Shown here: in pieces, positions 1 to 9,100 of the stretch | Numbering within the stretch: the first letter of the stretch is position 1 | Layout: each line of letters opens with the position of its first letter | DNA from: Acidobacteriota bacterium | GTDB taxonomy: Bacteria > Acidobacteriota > UBA4820 > DSQY01 | NCBI GenBank assembly: GCA_049967655.1 | Contig: JBMFSH010000025.1 | Coordinates: forward strand, 1 to 39,677 | Direction of reading: 5' to 3' | DNA length: 39,677 nt | Notes under the pieces: model-generated | The model's input: the letters and a program-made list of their open reading frames with translations, nothing else | Database searches by the model: none | What the model was told of the DNA's origin: nothing | Position numbers and translations under genes: made by a program

Positions 1-18
1 AGGGCCTCTTCTTCAATG

Positions 19-72
19 GCTTGCTCCGCCTGCTTTCCATGCTCTTTCCCCCGTTCCATCGCGGGATTGGGG
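19..72 (-). repeat. Partial copy of the dispersed ~112-bp element (other copies 27460-27571 and 34008-34119)
   Basis: CTTGCTCCGCCT (20-31) and CGTTCCATCGCGGGATTGGGG (52-72) match the right-hand end of the other two copies, with a ~14-nt insertion between them. Lies just 3' of the ybhB-like stop. Confidence 0.6.
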
Positions 73-74
73 CC

Positions 75-623
75 CTAGCGGCCGAAGGTGCCCATGAGCT
101 CTCCCAACGCCAGCACGTGGTCTCTCATGGCGGCCAGGACCTGAGTCTTGGACGCTCCGGGACCGAGTGCGAGAGGCGCATCTAGGGCGTAGACCTTGAA
201 GAAATAGCGGTGGGGCTTCCCGGGGGGCGGGCACGGGCCGCCATACCCCGGGTTGTTCCAGCTGTTCATCCCCTGCAAGGCGCCGCCCGGTAGGGGAGAG
301 TGGGGAAGGATGCCGGCGGGCAACCCCCCTTCTGTGGCGGGAAGGTCGTAGAGCACCCAGTGGACCCAGGTTCCCCCGGGGGCGTCGGGGTCATCGCAAA
401 TCACGACGATGGACCGGGCTTCGGGGGGCAGCCCCGACCATGTGAGGGCGGGTGAAAGATCACCCCCCGTGCACGTACACTTGCGCGGGATGGTGCCTCC
501 GTTGGAAAAGTCCGGCGAGGTTACGGTAAGCCGGGCTGGAAGCTTCCCGCTCTGGGCAGCGAAGGCGACAGCGGCCCAGAGCGCCGCACCCGCCGCCATC
601 CAAAACCATGTCTGTCGCATCAT
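75..623 (-). CDS. YbhB/YbcL family (PEBP, Raf kinase inhibitor-like) protein with signal peptide
   Basis: Motifs DPDAP, WVHWVLY, GYGGPCPPPGKPHRY. Start moved to ATG 623 because GGAGGT lies 7 nt upstream; an N-terminal hydrophobic signal ending AFA follows. Confidence 0.9.
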   Translation of the reverse strand: MMRQTWFWMAAGAALWAAVAFAAQSGKLPARLTVTSPDFSNGGTIPRKCTCTGGDLSPALTWSGLPPEARSIVVICDDPDAPGGTWVHWVLYDLPATEGGLPAGILPHSPLPGGALQGMNSWNNPGYGGPCPPPGKPHRYFFKVYALDAPLALGPGASKTQVLAAMRDHVLALGELMGTFGR

Positions 624-667
624 CGATGCCACCTCCGTGTGCCGGGACGGGCCACGGCCCTCCCGCC

Positions 668-2596
668 TCACGGCCTGAGAGCGGGATGGGCCGCCATCAG
701 GCCATTAAACCAGGCCAGAAATTCCGCGGGGCTTTTGTAGCCCGTGAATCGTCCAAGCTCGCGTCCGTCGGGAGCCAGCAGGATGACGGTGGGAAGCCCG
801 AGGATGCCGTACCGCTGCTGAAGGGATTGGTTGTCCCGGGTGCTTGCGGTCATGTCCAGCCGGACGGGGATGACTTGGTTCAAGGCGGCGCGCAGCTCCG
901 GGGAGGACCAGGTCGTTCGTTCCAGTTCCACGCAGGCCACGCACCAGTCGGCGCGGAAGTCTAAAAGAAGGGGGCGCTCCTCGGCCCGTCCCTGGGCCTG
1001 AGCGCTGGTCAGATCCGTGGACCAGCCGGCTGGCGACGGACGGCCCACGGAGAACTCGCTCGCGGGCAGGAGCCAGACGACGGCGAGAAGTGCCGCGCAG
1101 GCGAGAACCATACCCGAGATCCGCAAGGGCACCGTGAAAAAGTGGCGGCTTCCGCCGAAGGCGAGGAATCCGGACAAAAAGCCCAGGGTCAGCCCGGCGA
1201 CCAGCCAGAACAAGAGGGGTGTCAGATAGAGGCCGGCGAAGTAGAATCCGGCGGCCAGGATCAGAACACCGAAGGCGATACGCACGCCGTCCATCCACGT
1301 TCCGGACTTGGGCAGGGAGGCGATGACCCCCGAAAAGGTCCCGATGACCACGAAGAGCAGGCCCATGCCGAGGGCGAAGGAGAAGAGGTAGAGGAATCCC
1401 AAGAGGACGGAGCCGGTGGCGGCCACGGCCACCAAGATGGCCAGGATGAGGGGCCCGACGCAGGGGCTGGCCACGAGGCCGGAGAGCGCGCCGATGGCGA
1501 AGGCGCCGACAAACCCCTTGCCCTTTTCCCTCTGCTTGGTCTGCTCGATGCGGTTGGTCAGAAAGGCGGGGGTCTTAAATTCGAAGAGGTTGAACATGGA
1601 GAAGGCCAGGAGGAAGAAGAGGAGCGCGATGGGGACTCCCACCCACGGCGTCTGGGTCAGCGTCCCGAAGGTCTGGCCCGCCTTGGCGGAGACGGCGCCG
1701 AGCGTGGCGTAGACCACGGCCAGGCCCAGTACGAAGGCGAGCGAGAGGAGAAAGCCGTGGCTCTTGCCGCGGCCCTCGGAGCGGGAGCCGATGTAGGCCA
1801 CCGTGATGGGGATCACGGGATAGACGCAGGGCGTCAGACTGGAGAGGATTCCGAAGAGGAAGGCCAAGAGCAGGGCGAAGGGGATGTTGTGCTGCGCGAT
1901 GGAGGTGAAACGCTGCTGGTAGGACTTCTCGGCGGGCGCCTCTTGGGCTTGAGAGGCCAGGGGAGTGGGCGCCGCCTTGCCCGTGACGGTGGCGTTGGCC
2001 TGGGATGGGGGCGCCTGAGCCTGGGGGGGTTCGGGTTTCCCGGGGAGAGAGACCTCCCCCTTCCCGTTGGCTCGTGTGGCTCCCTCTGAAGAAGAGGGAG
2101 GGGGAGCCTTTGAGACAGTCAGGGGGAGCGAGAAGGGCACGTTATCCTGGGTCGGAAGGAAGCAGACCTTCTCGCCGTAGTCCTGGCAGCCCTGCCAGTG
2201 CAGCGTGAACGAGCCTTCCAGTCGCTTTGCCCGAAGGGGCCCCAGCGTCACCGGGAGGGTTACCGTCGAGGTGCCCCGCAGGACGGCGCCGCCCTCCTCC
2301 GGCGTGCCCTCGGGGTAGATGGGTGGGCCGAAGGTGACTCCCGGCAGGCTGGGAAGGCCGACCCGAAGATCCTTTCCCGCGAAGATGTGGTAGCCGGCAG
2401 GCACCGACACGGTCAAGACGAGGGAGCCGCTGCCCGGAGCGAGCAGGGGCGACGGCTTGGCGGTCACGCTGGTCTGGAGTTCGGGGGGAACTGGCCGGGA
2501 GTCTCCGAGGGGTCCCGAGGAGGCGAAGAGGGGGACGGCCAGCAGCAGGGCTCCGCTCAGGGCGGTCAGCCCCCGCCGGATGGAAGCATGAATCAT
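668..2596 (-). CDS. dsbD: Thiol:disulfide interchange protein DsbD (full three-domain form)
   Basis: Signal peptide, N-domain Cys pair (CQDYGEKVC), TM domain with LTPCVYP and ASPCVGP, C-terminal thioredoxin WCVAC. Confidence 0.88.
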   Translation of the reverse strand: MIHASIRRGLTALSGALLLAVPLFASSGPLGDSRPVPPELQTSVTAKPSPLLAPGSGSLVLTVSVPAGYHIFAGKDLRVGLPSLPGVTFGPPIYPEGTPEEGGAVLRGTSTVTLPVTLGPLRAKRLEGSFTLHWQGCQDYGEKVCFLPTQDNVPFSLPLTVSKAPPPSSSEGATRANGKGEVSLPGKPEPPQAQAPPSQANATVTGKAAPTPLASQAQEAPAEKSYQQRFTSIAQHNIPFALLLAFLFGILSSLTPCVYPVIPITVAYIGSRSEGRGKSHGFLLSLAFVLGLAVVYATLGAVSAKAGQTFGTLTQTPWVGVPIALLFFLLAFSMFNLFEFKTPAFLTNRIEQTKQREKGKGFVGAFAIGALSGLVASPCVGPLILAILVAVAATGSVLLGFLYLFSFALGMGLLFVVIGTFSGVIASLPKSGTWMDGVRIAFGVLILAAGFYFAGLYLTPLLFWLVAGLTLGFLSGFLAFGGSRHFFTVPLRISGMVLACAALLAVVWLLPASEFSVGRPSPAGWSTDLTSAQAQGRAEERPLLLDFRADWCVACVELERTTWSSPELRAALNQVIPVRLDMTASTRDNQSLQQRYGILGLPTVILLAPDGRELGRFTGYKSPAEFLAWFNGLMAAHPALRP

Positions 2597-3483
2597 GGCA
2601 GGTCTCCTGTGGTGTCGTTGGCGGTCAGCTCCCGGTACAAGCTCAGCAGGCGCTCGGCGATGGGGCCGGGCAGCCCCCCTCCGATGGTGCTTCCCTCAAT
2701 TCGGGCTACGGGCATGATCTCCTTCAGCGTCGAGGCGAGAAAGGCCTCCTCGGCCTCATGGGTCTCTTCCGGACCGAGAGGCCGCTCCGCGCAGGGCAGG
2801 CCGGCCCGAGAGGCGAGCGCGAGAACCAAGGAACGCGTCACGCTGTCCAAAATGCCGGCGGAGATGGGGGGGGTCACGAGGCGGCCCTCCAGGACGAGGA
2901 AGAGAGAGCTGCTGGCCCCCTCGGCGAGCCATCCTTCCCCGTTGAGGAGGATGGCCTCGAAGGCGCCCCTGGCTTCCGCCTCCCGCCGCGCCAGAATCAG
3001 ATCGGGGCTCCCGTTGACCTTGACGGCGGGGTGGAACCCGCCGGCGGGACTGCGCCGAAAGCGCGAGATTATGCAGTGCACGCCTCGCTCGTAGAGGGAG
3101 GGAGGAAAGGGCGGCAGGGGTGAGGCGTAGGCGGTCCAGCGGGCTCCCGCGGGCGCCTGCGTCTCCCAGAGCGGAAATCGTTCACCGGGGCTGAGTACCA
3201 CCCGCAGGCAGGATTCCGCCGGAGCGCGGAGGGAGGCGAGGCGGCACAGCGCGGCGGCCAGCTCCTCCCGCTGCGGGGCAGGATACCCCATCCGTAGCGC
3301 CCCCGCCTCCAAGCGGTCCAGGTGCGCCTTCAGAGAAAAGGGGCGAGCGCCGTAAGTCCGCAGGGTCTCGTAGAGGCTGGTCCCCGTCAGATACCCGAGG
3401 TCCAGGGCCGATACCTTCCCCTCCCGCACCGGGAGCGGTTCTCGGTCACCCTGCACCCACGCCCAACTCTTCTCGTCTCGCAT
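2593..3483 (-). CDS. PLP-dependent fold-type IV enzyme (branched-chain/D-amino-acid aminotransferase or ADC lyase family)
   Basis: Motifs YETLR, HLDRL, probable catalytic Lys in PAVK, AEGASSSLF, GILDSVTR, EAFLAST. Start at ATG 3483 (MRDEK) preferred to 3657. ATGA overlap with dsbD. Confidence 0.8.
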   Translation of the reverse strand: MRDEKSWAWVQGDREPLPVREGKVSALDLGYLTGTSLYETLRTYGARPFSLKAHLDRLEAGALRMGYPAPQREELAAALCRLASLRAPAESCLRVVLSPGERFPLWETQAPAGARWTAYASPLPPFPPSLYERGVHCIISRFRRSPAGGFHPAVKVNGSPDLILARREAEARGAFEAILLNGEGWLAEGASSSLFLVLEGRLVTPPISAGILDSVTRSLVLALASRAGLPCAERPLGPEETHEAEEAFLASTLKEIMPVARIEGSTIGGGLPGPIAERLLSLYRELTANDTTGDLP

Positions 3484-3581
3484 GGCCCGTCTCGGGGGCA
3501 AATCCCCGCCTCCATCATACTCTTCCAGGCGGACGGCTTCCCAGGAGGGGGCCGCTGTGAGCGGTCGGGCGGATGTGTACC

Positions 3582-3597
3582 TGTATGCATCATTACA
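3582..3597. promoter_or_regulatory. Candidate palindromic operator TGTA-N8-TACA in divergent aminotransferase/pta intergenic region
   Basis: TGTAtgcatcatTACA in an AT-rich patch of otherwise GC-rich DNA. A TACAAT -10-like hexamer lies at 3677-3682. Confidence 0.3.
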
Positions 3598-3758
3598 TGC
3601 GGACAGTTGGTGGGGCAGGTGGCGCTTTCCCGGGCGTGGGTCTCGGGAAGTTCCCATAACCGTCCCGGTGCGGGGCTACAATGCCGGGCTGATGAGCCCG
3701 ATGCCACAGGCAGAAAGGCGCCGGATCTGGTGGGCTGCGTCCGGGTTCAGGGAGGAAG

Positions 3759-4757
3759 ATGATGCACGTCATGGAAAAGATCAAGGCGAAGGCGCGCTCG
3801 AACCGGAAGCGGATCGTCTTGTCGGAGGGGATGGACCAGCGCATGGTTCTGGCGTCCGTGCAGGCGGCCCGCGAGGGGTTGGCGGAGGTGACCTTGCTCG
3901 CCACCGATGCCCAGGTAAAGGCGGCGACCAGCGGGGACCTGGGTGTGCTGGCTGGGGTCGAGGTGCTGGATCACACCGCTTCGCCCCTGCTGCCCGAGTT
4001 TATCCAGGAGTACTACGAGTTGCGCAAGAGCAAGGGCATGACCGAGGAAGAGGCCGCCAAGACCATGCGGGACAATGTCTTCTTCGGGGACATGCTGGTG
4101 CGGAGGGGGCTGGCGGACGGGTGCGTGAGCGGAGCCTACAACACGACGGCCCTGGTGACCCGTGCGGCCCTCCACCTGTTGGGGACGGCCCCCGGAATCA
4201 AGACCCTCTCGAGCTGCTTCATCATGGTCCACCCCGATCGCCAGTTCGGCGAGGGGGGGCTCATGATCTTCGCGGACTGCGCGGTTCTTCCCTTCCCCGA
4301 CGAAAACCAGCTGGCCGATATCGCCATCGCCTCAGCGGCCAGCGCCAGGGCCTTCTGCGACATGGAGCCGCGCATCGCCATGCTCAGTTTCTCCACCAAG
4401 GGGAGCGCCAAACACGAAAACCTGGACAGGATCCTGCGCGCCCTGGCCATCGTTCGCGAGCGCCGCCCCGATCTGCTCATCGATGGCGAATTGCAGCTCG
4501 ACGCGGCCCTCGTCCCGTCGGTGGGAAGCCGCAAGGCGCCCACGAGCGCCGTGGCTGGGAGGGCGAACGTGCTCATCTTCCCCGATCTGAACGCGGGCAA
4601 CATCGTCTACAAGGCGGTGGAGCGCCTGGGCCGGGCCCAGGCCATCGGGCCCGTGCTCCAGGGGCTCGCCAAGCCCGCCAACGACCTCTCCCGAGGCTGC
4701 TCCGTGCAGGATATCGTGAATGTGGCCGCCATCACGGCGGCCCAGGCCATCGGATAG
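3759..4757 (+). CDS. pta: Phosphate acetyltransferase (short PTA_PTB type)
   Basis: [57 protein letters not shown]; adjacent to ackA. Confidence 0.95.
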   Translation: MMHVMEKIKAKARSNRKRIVLSEGMDQRMVLASVQAAREGLAEVTLLATDAQVKAATSGDLGVLAGVEVLDHTASPLLPEFIQEYYELRKSKGMTEEEAAKTMRDNVFFGDMLVRRGLADGCVSGAYNTTALVTRAALHLLGTAPGIKTLSSCFIMVHPDRQFGEGGLMIFADCAVLPFPDENQLADIAIASAASARAFCDMEPRIAMLSFSTKGSAKHENLDRILRALAIVRERRPDLLIDGELQLDAALVPSVGSRKAPTSAVAGRANVLIFPDLNAGNIVYKAVERLGRAQAIGPVLQGLAKPANDLSRGCSVQDIVNVAAITAAQAIG

Positions 4758-4891
4758 GCGCCCGAACGAACAAGAAAGGGGGGCAGGGTGCGCGCCACGG
4801 TGCGCGCCGGCCTCGGTGGCCGCGGTAGGCGGCCGTGATCAGGGGGGCTCCATCCCGGCCCGGGATCGGGAGTCTCTCTCCGGAGGAAGTC

Positions 4892-6124
4892 ATGAATACC
4901 CTGGTCGTCAACTGCGGCAGTTCGTCCCTCAAGTACCAGCTCTTCGATATGGCCCATGAGACGCTGGTGGCCAAGGGCCTGGTGGAGCGCATCGGATCGG
5001 ATAACGCCACCTTGAAACACGACTCTCTCGGCGTCGGCAAAATCACCATTCGCTCCGGCATCCCCAACCACGCCGTGGCCGTGCACGACATGTTCGACGC
5101 CCTTACCGACGGGGAGTACGGCGTCATCAAGGACGTCAAGGGGATCGCCGCCATCGGCCACCGAGTGGTCCACGGCGGGGAGAAGTTCCACGATTCTGCG
5201 CTGTTGCGGGGCGAGGTCGTGGAGGCCATCCGGGATTGCATCCGCTTCGCACCCCTCCACAACCCTCTGAACCTCATGGGCATTGAGGCCTGCCAGAAGT
5301 TCAGCCCCACGGTTCCGCAGGTGGCGGTCTTCGACACGGCCTTCCACCAGACCATGCCCAAGCACGTTTACCTCTACGCCATTCCCTACGAGTACTACCA
5401 GAAGCATGGGGTCCGGCGGTACGGCTTCCACGGGACCTCCCACCAGTTCGTGGCCAATCGGGCCGCCGAGATCCTGGGCCGGCCCCTGGCCTCCCTGAAG
5501 ATGATCACGGCCCACCTGGGCAACGGCTGCAGCATGACGGCCATCCAGGACGGGAAGTCCCTCGAGACCTCCATGGGGCTCACTCCGCTCAACGGGCTCA
5601 TGATGGGCCAGCGCTCGGGCGACATCGATCCGGCCCTCATCCCCTACATGGCAGAGGTGGAAAAGACGGATGCCGAGGGGGTCGTCGCCATCCTCAACAA
5701 GAAAAGCGGACTCCTCGGAGTCTCCGGAGTCAGCTCCGACATGCGGGACATCCGCAAGGCCATGAAGGGGGGCGACGAGCGGGCCGCCATGGCGTTCCAG
5801 ATGTTCTGCTACCGCGTCCGCAAGTACATCGGCACCTATGCCTCCTCCATGAACGGGCTCGACGTCATCGTCTTCACCGCCGGCATCGGTGAAAATGACG
5901 CCGCCGTCCGGGAGACCGCCTGCTCCAACTTGGACTACCTCGGCGTCGAGATCGACCCGGCGCGCAACGAGTCGCCGGACCGGGAGAAGATCATCAGCTC
6001 GGACAAGAGCCGGGTGATCGTCATGGTGGTGCCCACCAACGAGGAGCTCATGATCGCCAGGGAGACGGTCCGCCTGGTGGGCGGAGCCCAGGAGGCAGCC
6101 CGTCCGAACAAGAGGAAGCACTGA
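4892..6124 (+). CDS. ackA: Acetate kinase
   Basis: NCGSSSLKY, GHRVVHGG, APLHNP, FDTAFH, YGFHGTSH, HLGNGCS, FTAGIGEN, PTNEELMIA. Start ATG 4892 follows GGAGGA. Confidence 0.96.
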   Translation: MNTLVVNCGSSSLKYQLFDMAHETLVAKGLVERIGSDNATLKHDSLGVGKITIRSGIPNHAVAVHDMFDALTDGEYGVIKDVKGIAAIGHRVVHGGEKFHDSALLRGEVVEAIRDCIRFAPLHNPLNLMGIEACQKFSPTVPQVAVFDTAFHQTMPKHVYLYAIPYEYYQKHGVRRYGFHGTSHQFVANRAAEILGRPLASLKMITAHLGNGCSMTAIQDGKSLETSMGLTPLNGLMMGQRSGDIDPALIPYMAEVEKTDAEGVVAILNKKSGLLGVSGVSSDMRDIRKAMKGGDERAAMAFQMFCYRVRKYIGTYASSMNGLDVIVFTAGIGENDAAVRETACSNLDYLGVEIDPARNESPDREKIISSDKSRVIVMVVPTNEELMIARETVRLVGGAQEAARPNKRKH

Positions 6125-6127
6125 CGC

Positions 6128-9100
6128 TCAATGCCGGGAAAGCCCCAGGCGCTTCATCTTCTGAAGCAGGCTCTGGCGGCTGATGGCCAGGGTTCGGGCC
6201 GCGGCCGAGAGGTTGCCGCCCGAATCCTGGATGGCTTGGGCGATGGCCTTCCGCTCCGCCTCCTCCAGGATGGCCGGCAGGCTCCGGCCTCCCGACCCGT
6301 CGCGAGGAGCCTCCTTGAGGCGCCGGGGCAAGTGCTCCTCCCGCAGCTCGGGGGCGCCCGCGGAGGCGACGAGCATGGCTCGGGCCGCGTTCTGGAGCTC
6401 ACGGACGTTCCCGGGCCAGGCATAGGCTCCGAGGCGCATCAGCACGGGCGGGGTGACTCGTGGGGAGGGGAATCCCTCGGCGGCCGCGGCCTCCTCCAGA
6501 AAGTGCGCAAAAAGAAGGGGGATATCTTCGGGGCGCCGCCGCAACGGGGGCACTTCGATTTCGATGACGCGAAGCCTGTGCAGCAGGTCCTGGCGGAACA
6601 GCCCTTCGGACGCCGCCGTCTCCAGGTCCCGGTTGGTGGCCGCCACGACGCGGGCGTCGGATTCTCGGCCGCGCACCGCGCCCAGCGGAAGGAAGGTGCC
6701 GTCCTGAAGAAACCGGAGGAGGTGCGCCTGAACCTCCTGGGGTAGTTCGCCAACCTCGTCCAGGAACAGGGTGCTGCCGCGGGCGGCCTCCACGAGCCCC
6801 GTCTGATCGCGATCGGCCCCCGTGAAGGCCCCCCGCCGGTGACCGAAAAGGAGGCTCGCGGCCAGCGTCGGGGTCAGGTTGGCGCAGTTGGCCGCCACCC
6901 AGCTCTTGGGCGCCCGGGGGGAGGCGGCGTGGAGGGCCTTGGCGCAGGCCTCCTTGCCGACACCGGGTTCGCCGGTGAAGAGGACGGGGAAGTGAAAGAC
7001 CGACGCCCTCTGGATGGCCTCAGTCACGGCCCGCATGGCCGATGAGGCGGAGAGGAGGTGGCGGCCGATGGCGGGATGGAGGTCGCGGCCGGGCGGAGGT
7101 GGCGTCGGGACCGGGGCCGCGGGCAGCAGCCGGATCCAGATCGCGGCCAGCCGTCTCTGATCGGCGTCAAAGGAGCTGGCCCCCGCCTTGAAAAGGCCGC
7201 ACCAGAGTCCCGATTCGGTGGCAAGACCGAGTAGCGATCCACCCGCCACCACCTTTTCTCCGAGGCTCCCCGCGGCCTGCAGCAGGGAGCGGCGCTGTAC
7301 CTCGCTCCCCTCTCCCCACCAGCGAGGGGGTGACCCGGGACTCAGGAGACAGCCCGCCGTGGCACCCGTCCGCTCCAGGATGCCGGCCATGGTCTCTTCG
7401 GGAGCGGACTCCGCCGCGGCCAGAAAGGCGAGGGGGCCAGCTTCGGCCCGCGCTTCCGGGCCGGAGGGAGGTGGGGCCTCGGCCAGAAATCCGAGAAGGC
7501 CGCGCTCGGGTCCTCGCACGCGGTTTTTGACGAGGAAGTCGCGGATCCACTGCCGGTCCTCGGTAGAAAGGGGTGGCAGCGCCCCCAGGCACGCCAATTC
7601 CCATAAGGCCCTGGCCGCCAGGTAGGGGCTCCGCGCCCGACCGGCTTCGGTCCAGGCCTTAAGGAGCGTGGTTTCGGCGGCCTCTTCCGCCCCTCCCGCC
7701 GCCAGGAGATGCCAGAAGGCCCGGAAATAGGGGGTGGCTTGGCCGAGCAATCCGGCCGCCTCGCGGTGATCCTCGGCCGAAAAGGAGCCCGCGCCCCTGC
7801 GGGCGGCAGCGCACCGGAGGGCCGAAATGGCCAGCCGGTCGTCCGCGTCCACGTCGGGGCGCACCTGGTTCGAGATCTCCTTCACCAGGCGCCGAAGCTT
7901 CTGAATCTGCCGGGTCTGCAGGAGAAGCTCCCCCCTGAGGTACTGGAGGGGCAGGCGGACCTCCGGGTCCGTGCCGGGAAGGGAGGAGAGCCCCTTCTCC
8001 GTCCATTCCAGCGCGGCGGGATAGTCGCCGAGCTGCTGGTGGATGGAGCCGAGCCAGAAGCAGTCGACGGCGAGGTACTGCGGATTCTGAGGGCTTCCCT
8101 TTCGGGCCGCGGAATTCTCGAATTGCCGGAGGGCCGGCAAGAGGTTGCCGGCCTCGGCGGTGCACGCCGCCAGGTTGGTCCGCGCCACCTCCTCGAGGGT
8201 TGGAAGGCCCAGGGCGATGGCTCCTTCGAGGCCGCGCCGGAGGCGCCGAGAGGCCTCGTTGAAGCGAAGCAGGCGTCGAAGGACGTTCGCGCAGTCGCAC
8301 TCGCATCCCGATTCCAGGCTTCTGAAGCCGAAGCTTGAGGCTAGGCTGCGGGCCTCCTCGAATCCGGAGAGCGCGGCCGCGTGCTCGCCGAGCTTCTGGT
8401 GGAGCATGGCGCGCCGGTGGGCAAGCAGGAAGCGGGTGATCGGTTGCGCCGGCCGGGGAGTCAGCGAGCCTGCCCTCTCCAGGAGCGCCAGCGCCTGCTC
8501 CGGCCTGTCGTCGTGGAGCGCCGCCGTGGCCCAGTGGCAGAGGGCCTGCACGCGAAGGTCCGGGTCCTTCGTCGTGGTGGCGACCCCCTCCAGGCAGGTC
8601 TCCGCTTCGGAAAACCTCCCCAGCAGCCAGTGGAACTGCCCCTTCAGGAGGAGGATGGCGTCTCGCTCGGCGGCCGGAAGCGAGCGGGCCAGTGCCTCGT
8701 CCGCTTGCCGGTCGGCGGCGCGGTAGTCCTGAAGCCTCTCCAGGGCCTTGATCCGCTGGAAGGCCAGTCCATCACCCCACCTGCTCTCCATGGAGAGCCC
8801 CTCCCACATCCGCATGGCCAGAAGCGGTTGACCCACGTGAAGGAGGACCACGCCCTCCCAGTATTGTCCCGCCTCCGCGTCCCTCGGATGGAGCTCCCTC
8901 GCCCCGTGGAGAAGGGCCGCCAAGTGGCCCTTGGCGGCCAGCCGGGCGGGCTCTGAGGCCGGCGCGGCCGGCGGGACGGCCTTTGGCCTCCCTGAGCCCA
9001 GGACGGGGCGAACGGGAGGGGGCATGGGAGCCGTCCTCGGCGGAAGGAGGGAGTCTCCGCACCGCGGGTGGTCGTCGTGATGACTGGAGAGGGCGGTGAG

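Noticed and set aside
3759..6124. pta-ackA (and the PduO gene) as members of the BMC locus
   Set aside because: They lie 10-30 kb away among housekeeping genes, and Pta is the ordinary PTA_PTB type without an encapsulation peptide. Any link is only metabolic speculation.
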